A stretch of 56,820 nt of DNA, filler included, from Sluysia triapertura (lineage: Eukaryota), in assembly GCA_046118255.1 (NCBI GenBank). It is 3 parts of 3 records of this genome, joined end to end, with 100 filler letters (N's around TTAATTAATTAA, not from the genome) between each part and the next. Parts side by side here need not be neighbours in the genome. Positions count along the whole stretch, not along the records: positions 42,194 to 56,820 come from JBJNIA010252971.1; 2 more parts are not named here. One strand, written 5' to 3'. The notes below the pieces were generated by a model that saw only the letters and a program-made list of their open reading frames with translations, did no database searches and was not told the DNA's origin. The translations under genes and the position numbers were made by a program. This document shows positions 51,869 to 56,820 of this stretch, in pieces (the first letter of the stretch is position 1; each line of letters starts with the position of its first letter).

Positions 51869-52251
51869 ATAATTCCTTAATTTTGATCTGTAATCTTCCG
51901 AAAGTACTAATTGCTTGTTATTAAATTGCTTTTATTAAATCTATCAATAATCAACTTAGGGAGTAATTATTTTGCTTAACTTTATCTAATTCTTAATGAA
52001 ATCTTAATACAATTATTCCAAAAATGCTTGATTCTTAATATTGATTCTTTAATTCAATAATAATCCTTATATTCTTCTTGAATACTTAATTATTATATCA
52101 AAAATCTTCTAAATATGTTAATTCTTCTTAAATTCTTCTTCATTCCTCTAAAAATCATATTAAATGCTTCAAAGTCTTGTCAAATTCTTAAAAATTTTAT
52201 ACGCTTTATATTATTGTGTCAAATTTCTTATCTATATTATTTTGATACTGG

Positions 52252-52269
52252 TCTTCACTCTGGGCACCA
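52252..52269 (-). promoter_or_regulatory. Primer binding site (tRNA-Met elongator-like)
   Basis: TGGTGCCCAGAGTGAAGA, nearly identical to 29239-29256. Confidence 0.75.
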
Positions 52270-52279
52270 GTTTATTCTA

Positions 52280-52430
52280 TGTAAGAAAAGTAGAATAAAG
52301 ATTAAGGTGAAAGTGAGTCCACCAACGTACTGGTCTTACCAGCTGGGGCCAGCCGTTGGATTTTTGCAAAAGATTTCTTAAAAAGTAACTTGGTTAAGCG
52401 TTTTCTTTTTCCTACAAAGGCGTTTGAATA
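52280..52430 (-). mobile_element. U5 part of 5' LTR, family A (truncated)
   Basis: Ends ...TTCTTACA 10 nt before the PBS and contains the family A hairpin seen at 5520 and 6980. Confidence 0.65.
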
Positions 52431-52474
52431 AAAAAAGAAAAATGAGGAAAATGCCCAAAGACAAAAATTTTTCC

Positions 52475-52498
52475 GCCCGGCTAGCTCAGTCCGTAGAG
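52475..52498 (+). tRNA. 5' fragment of tRNA-Lys(CUU)-like gene (acceptor 5' strand plus D arm only; non-functional)
   Basis: GCCCGGCTAGCTCAGTCCGTAGAG is 23/24 to the conserved animal tRNA-Lys(CUU) 5' end. No anticodon or T arm follows. Confidence 0.7.
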
Positions 52499-52649
52499 AG
52501 AGTAATTGAGATAAGTGGATGCTGTACGGAAATGGAATTCCGGAGATTGAATAATATAAATTCAATATTAAAAAATATAAAAATAGATTAGAAATATTAA
52601 ATATTTAATATTAGATATAATGATGATAAAGAAGATAAAATATAAAATT

Positions 52650-52745
52650 TAATTAAAAATATTAAATAAAAATATTTAAAAATATTAAATAAAAATATTT
52701 ATTTAATATTTAAAAATATTAAATAAAAATATTTATTTAATATTT
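52650..52745. repeat. Tandem duplicated AT-only palindromic unit
   Basis: AAATATTAAATAAAAATATTTATTTAATATTT occurs twice, plus a partial copy. Confidence 0.75.
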
Positions 52746-52889
52746 AATAATTTGATCTATTTAGTACCTCAATCATCTGACCTAAGGCTAATATTACGAT
52801 CTATGCTACACTGATTCATTACAGGAATCACTTCTCACTATTCGTGATAAATATTGATCACGAATATTGAACATAAATATTGACCCATT

Positions 52890-53870
52890 AACAAAATCTA
52901 CATCACCCAATACACTAGATTAAAAGTCTCGGATTGCTTCTGTGATACATTCTGTAGCCAGTTCTCTTATCTGCTTATAAGAAAAACGCAGCTACCTGAG
53001 AAGACTGGTATTTTCAGGATGCCAGGACCCAAGGCTAGCTACTCTGAGTTCCTGTAGTGTAACCTGGGTTTTGTTTTTCTCCCCTAGAGATTTCACCAAG
53101 TCCTGATACTTCTCCTGGTTTAACACTCGTGATTTTTCAAAGTACTCTTCCATATCGTAGGGTACTTTGATGTCCACGAGCGTCAGTTTACCAGAGGAAG
53201 GGCACCAGATTTGTAGATCTGGTCGTCGGAGATCGTCTGGTGATACTGGATTGTCGGCCTTAACAAGGTAGCCATTTAGTTCCAGGAAATCCTTCACCTT
53301 CCTCAGTATGCAGTTATGTCTATTTGTTCTGCGCAGTTCATTACGTGGACAGAGACTCGACAGGGAATGTGCACCAGCGGCATGTAGTTGGCAATTGTCT
53401 TCTGATATTTTTCGGCTATAGTTCAACTGTAGTATGTTGTTTCTGGCCTTGAGGAGGAATTTCCAACTGTGGTTGCCAATCGGTAAATTGTACAACCTGT
53501 TGGAATACAGTGATAACGATGTCATGTGAACTGTCCTTCCTTGTGTTTTCAGGTTCTTCCATTGTTCTGTTTGAGCAATATTGAGGAGCTCATGCAGGTG
53601 TTTCCCAGCTTTTGATTTGTTCTTGTAGTTGAATACACGTGGCGTTGGTCCCATGTATGGCGCCTCCATTTGTAGTGTTACCAAGGGATCCTCGAATATG
53701 AATCGTATTTTGATGTGGTACTTGCGGTTTAGGTTTTCCACACCTTTTCGTATTTTGTAGTTTCGCTGGATGATGCACTGAGAACCAATAAGCCAGTTCA
53801 GAGCATCCTGTAGACTTGCCACTGTTGGGATTCGATCTTTCGCTACTCGAATTAGTTCCATTCTGGCCAT
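52890..53870 (-). pseudogene. Linker plus restriction-like endonuclease domain of the non-LTR element
   Basis: Degenerate CCHC, RHNCIL, LRRPDLQI, LVDIKVPYD, EKYQDL, VASLGSW. Read-through past the TAG at 52992 gives LATECITEAIRD. Confidence 0.9.
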
Positions 53871-53924
53871 AGATTTCGTGTCGGGATTTGCTGCTGTTAG
53901 AAGGCGAAATGCACATATGATGCT

Positions 53925-55604
53925 CTAGCAGATATAATCATCATATGCGGATACCAAGCCAAGTCCACCATGCTTTTTATGAGCGTACAGGAAGTGGTTG
54001 TTGAGAGGGTACTTTTCCAAGTCAAGTACCTTTTTCAGAAGTTTCTGAATTTTTTCATTGTATCCTACTTCTTGTGTTAATGATGACGATTGTTGCGCAT
54101 GGGAACTGCTGAGGATTTGCGTATTGATGTTCAGGTTCCTGAAGTGGAAGGGCAATCTTGATTGAATGTATACATTGTATAGTTTATATTTGTATTTGGC
54201 GTCCAAGTTGCACTTTACCACTTTCTCTAGGTCGGCCAGGTTTTTGTTGATTATCCTACTGATATCTTGTCTCCTCTGGGTTTCACCAAATGGAACACCA
54301 AGATATAGTATTTGATCTTTTTGCTCCCGGAGGACATTATTGATTGGTATGTCCTGTATATTGATTCCGTATTGCTGATGATGTTGTTGTTTACAGTTAT
54401 GATAATAGTAGCATTTCATTGGTCGAAAGAGTAGGTTTGCAATCTTGGCATCATTAGTAATTTTCTCAATTTTCTTGATTTGTTATTCCAATTAAGGCGA
54501 TGTCATCAGCGTATGCTAAGTACTGTGGGATAAATGTTGCCTTCTATACATAAATGTTGCTCTAGGTCCTGGAACAAGTAATCAATTGCTACACAGAACA
54601 GGGTCATTGATAGTGGGCATCCCTGTTTTACTCCATATTTTATTGTCACAGGTTGTGTCAGCAATTCATTACACATGTATCTGGTGGAACTGTTGTCATA
54701 AAGCTTTTTGATGATATCTTTTGATGCCCATTTTTTCTAGTGTGTACCATAGCAGTTGATGAGGAACGGAACCGAATGCATTGGCTGATTACAAAGTTAT
54801 TCTCAATGCATCCATCTGATCTATTGATTGCTCTTTGATGTGGATGGAGAAGTTTTCCAACTTTGATCCAATACAAGAGTCGTCCGTTTAGAAGTTTGGC
54901 GATATTCTATAACACATACCAACTACATCAATTGGTCGCCAGTTAGAAGAATCCTCAGCGTGTTGGATTTTACCCGGTTTGATAATGAGTAATGTATTAA
55001 ATTGTTTCCATGACAGTGGTATTTGTTGGTATTCTAAGATTTTGTTGAAAAGTGTTGCCATAAATTCTCCTTTTGGGTCCATTCTCCGGATATCATTAAG
55101 GGTGATTTTGTTTTGTCCCGGTGCAGTATTTTGGCATTGGTTCATGATGTGACATACTTCCTGTAGTATGACCATTTCTCCTGTGTATGTGTCTGGGAAG
55201 TATGGAAGATTGGGCATTAAGTGTGACTTGAATTCCTTATTATAATGTTTCAGGATTTGATCTTCAGTGGGTCGATTGACAGGAATTCCATCGTTCGTTA
55301 TTAATTGGAACGCTCTAGTCATGTCAGATTGAGAGATTTTGTTCAGGTTGACATCTTCTAGAGACTTGTTGCATTTACCAGAACGAGCGTTATTGTATTT
55401 CTTTAGGATATTATATGTGTCCTGATCCTTGACTTGGTATATTAAGTCACAGAACATATTAAATTCTTCGTTTGGTTGAATCTGATTTTCATACAATTGT
55501 TCAATGATGCAGTAAACTGTCGGATGTGGTTGCTTGGGTCGATGTATCATACTATTGGCGAGTTTCCCATTAATTAATTTGTACAGTGTGGTTCTAGTAT
55601 TCAT
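53925..55604 (-). pseudogene. Reverse transcriptase domain of the non-LTR element (fragmented)
   Basis: TAPGQNKI, NWRPI, DGCIEN, NAFGSVPH, GVKQGCPLS, LAYADDIALI (YADD at 54513-54502), YLGVPFG, HGGLGL. Confidence 0.92.
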
Positions 55605-55659
55605 AATATCAGGTTCCTGGAAGATATATTGTTGTAGAGGTTCTAACGATGACGAATTT

Positions 55660-56330
55660 TGTTGCTATCGATACTGCAGGGCTATGTTGCAAATGAAGGG
55701 TCCACGATCAGTTGGTCCTTGTTGCATGGGGTACGTTATTGATCGGCTTTAGTGGTTCTTCTTCCGGGAATATGGGAATCGCCATAAATCTTTGGATTAT
55801 ATTTGCGAGGGAATTTGGCAGTACTTCCGTTTGTTGGTGTATTGGGTCAATAAACATGTATTTTTTATTGACATTGTGTACAATCAACATCATCCAGTGA
55901 TTGTTGATGTTAATTATCCAATACAGATGTTGGAAATTTGCTAACTTGTGCAGCGGGAAATTGTTCAGTAGTGCTTGCGAGTCGCCTGTCATTGCATAAT
56001 TGAATATTTCCGCATCTAGCACTATATTGTTAATATCGGCAATGTAGGCTTGGAAGTACGCCAGTAGCGCTTTCATAGTTAGTCAATCCAATGGATTGAC
56101 TGAATCCAAGTCCCCGTTATCAAGGGTGATTTCTTCAGTCTGTTGAGATACCTTGGGTGTGATATGTCTTGTCAAGTGACCATTGAGTATACTGGGTTTA
56201 TTGTATACAAGCCCACAGAGGCATTTAGCCAGGAACGGTTTAGCAAACTCGTGCACTCTTCAGATGTCTCCGGATGACGTCACTACCTTTAACAGAGTAT
56301 TTAAAGGTTTTGCAGCATTGATTGTATTCG
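55660..56330 (-). pseudogene. Zn fingers plus Ulp1/C48 cysteine protease domain of the non-LTR element
   Basis: NQCCKTF...IRRHLK; CLCGLVYNKPSILNGHLTRH; PLD*LTMKALLAYF (WL motif); ININNHWMML (His); FIDP (Asp); shifted frame MQQGPTDRGPF (Q..DCG with Cys replaced by Arg, codon 55706-55704). Confidence 0.8.
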
Positions 56331-56491
56331 GTTTTCTTTTACCTAAACAATTATGTTAATGTCAAAAATGTTGGGTCCGCCTATGCTAAACGGTTTATCT
56401 ATGTCAATAGGACGTCTGCGTAGGAAATTTTAAAATAAGAATTGAAATAAGATTACTGAGAGTCCTTTTTTAACCTTTTTTAACGCACTTG

Positions 56492-56610
56492 TTTATCTTA
56501 GGTTAAATTTATTAACTTTACTATTACTCTGTTTTAAATAAAGGGTGCTTGTTTATCAATTTATCTTAGGTTAAGTTGATTAACTTTACTATTACTCTGT
56601 TTTAAATAAA
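56492..56610 (+). repeat. Direct repeat, 2 x ~52 bp
   Basis: TTTATCTTAGGTTAA(A/G)TT(T/G)ATTAACTTTACTATTACTCTGTTTTAAATAAA occurs twice. Confidence 0.85.
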
Positions 56611-56820
56611 AGAAGGAAGAAACTTTATACAGTTCTGGAAATTTTATTCAATATAACAAAATATGTAAAATAACATAAAATTAAATAATAGAGTTTATAT
56701 AATATACAAACGGTTTCAAATAATATATAATATAATTTTAAAATTTAATTAATAAATTGTCAATTTGAGTAGAGTTTAACCCAGAGGTTATCTTTGGGTT
56801 TTTTCTAATGATGTGAAGTA

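Larger units (their letters stand above)
52740..56430 (-). mobile_element. Decayed RLE-type non-LTR retrotransposon with Ulp1-like protease (NeSL-like architecture)
   Basis: The minus strand carries, in order, two C2H2-like fingers, a Ulp1 protease, RT and a PD-(D/E)xK RLE. It has elevated GC and multiple frameshifts. Both boundaries are approximate. Confidence 0.9.

Noticed and set aside
52917-52930. AGACTTTTAATCT on the minus strand, resembling a tRNA-Lys(UUU) anticodon arm
   Set aside because: It lies in the RLE C-terminal coding tail (EAIRD), has no T arm or acceptor stem, and is on the opposite strand from the 52475 fragment.

Overview
Very AT-rich eukaryotic, probably animal, DNA. It has very short spliceosomal introns (22-67 nt, one 200 nt) and fits a compact, reduced genome; the organism cannot be fixed from sequence alone. 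Two artificial 100-nt linkers (N44-TTAATTAATTAA-N44 at 24387 and 42094) split the window into three segments that may not be adjacent in the genome. Only a few host genes look intact: a DIPP-type Nudix hydrolase, a two-LIM protein, a RING protein and a 463-aa orphan ORF. The rest is mostly decayed genes and mobile DNA. This includes a KDM1B/LSD2 fragment, two Ty3/Gypsy gag elements with tRNA-Met primer sites, many solo-LTR-like repeats, and Tc1, piggyBac-like and hAT remnants. It also includes a decayed NeSL-like non-LTR retrotransposon (zinc fingers, Ulp1 protease, RT, RLE) lying near a 5' tRNA-Lys fragment. Three observations stand out. (i) An LTR-like family has heat-shock element arrays followed by a TATA box at the apex of an inverted repeat whose arm sequences differ between subfamilies. 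(ii) A dispersed unit starts with TGTGGTGGCCAACC and appears to carry an orphan ~500-aa protein. (iii) Several LTR families share a U5 hairpin position but not its stem sequence. All alignments were done by eye and no database searches were run.
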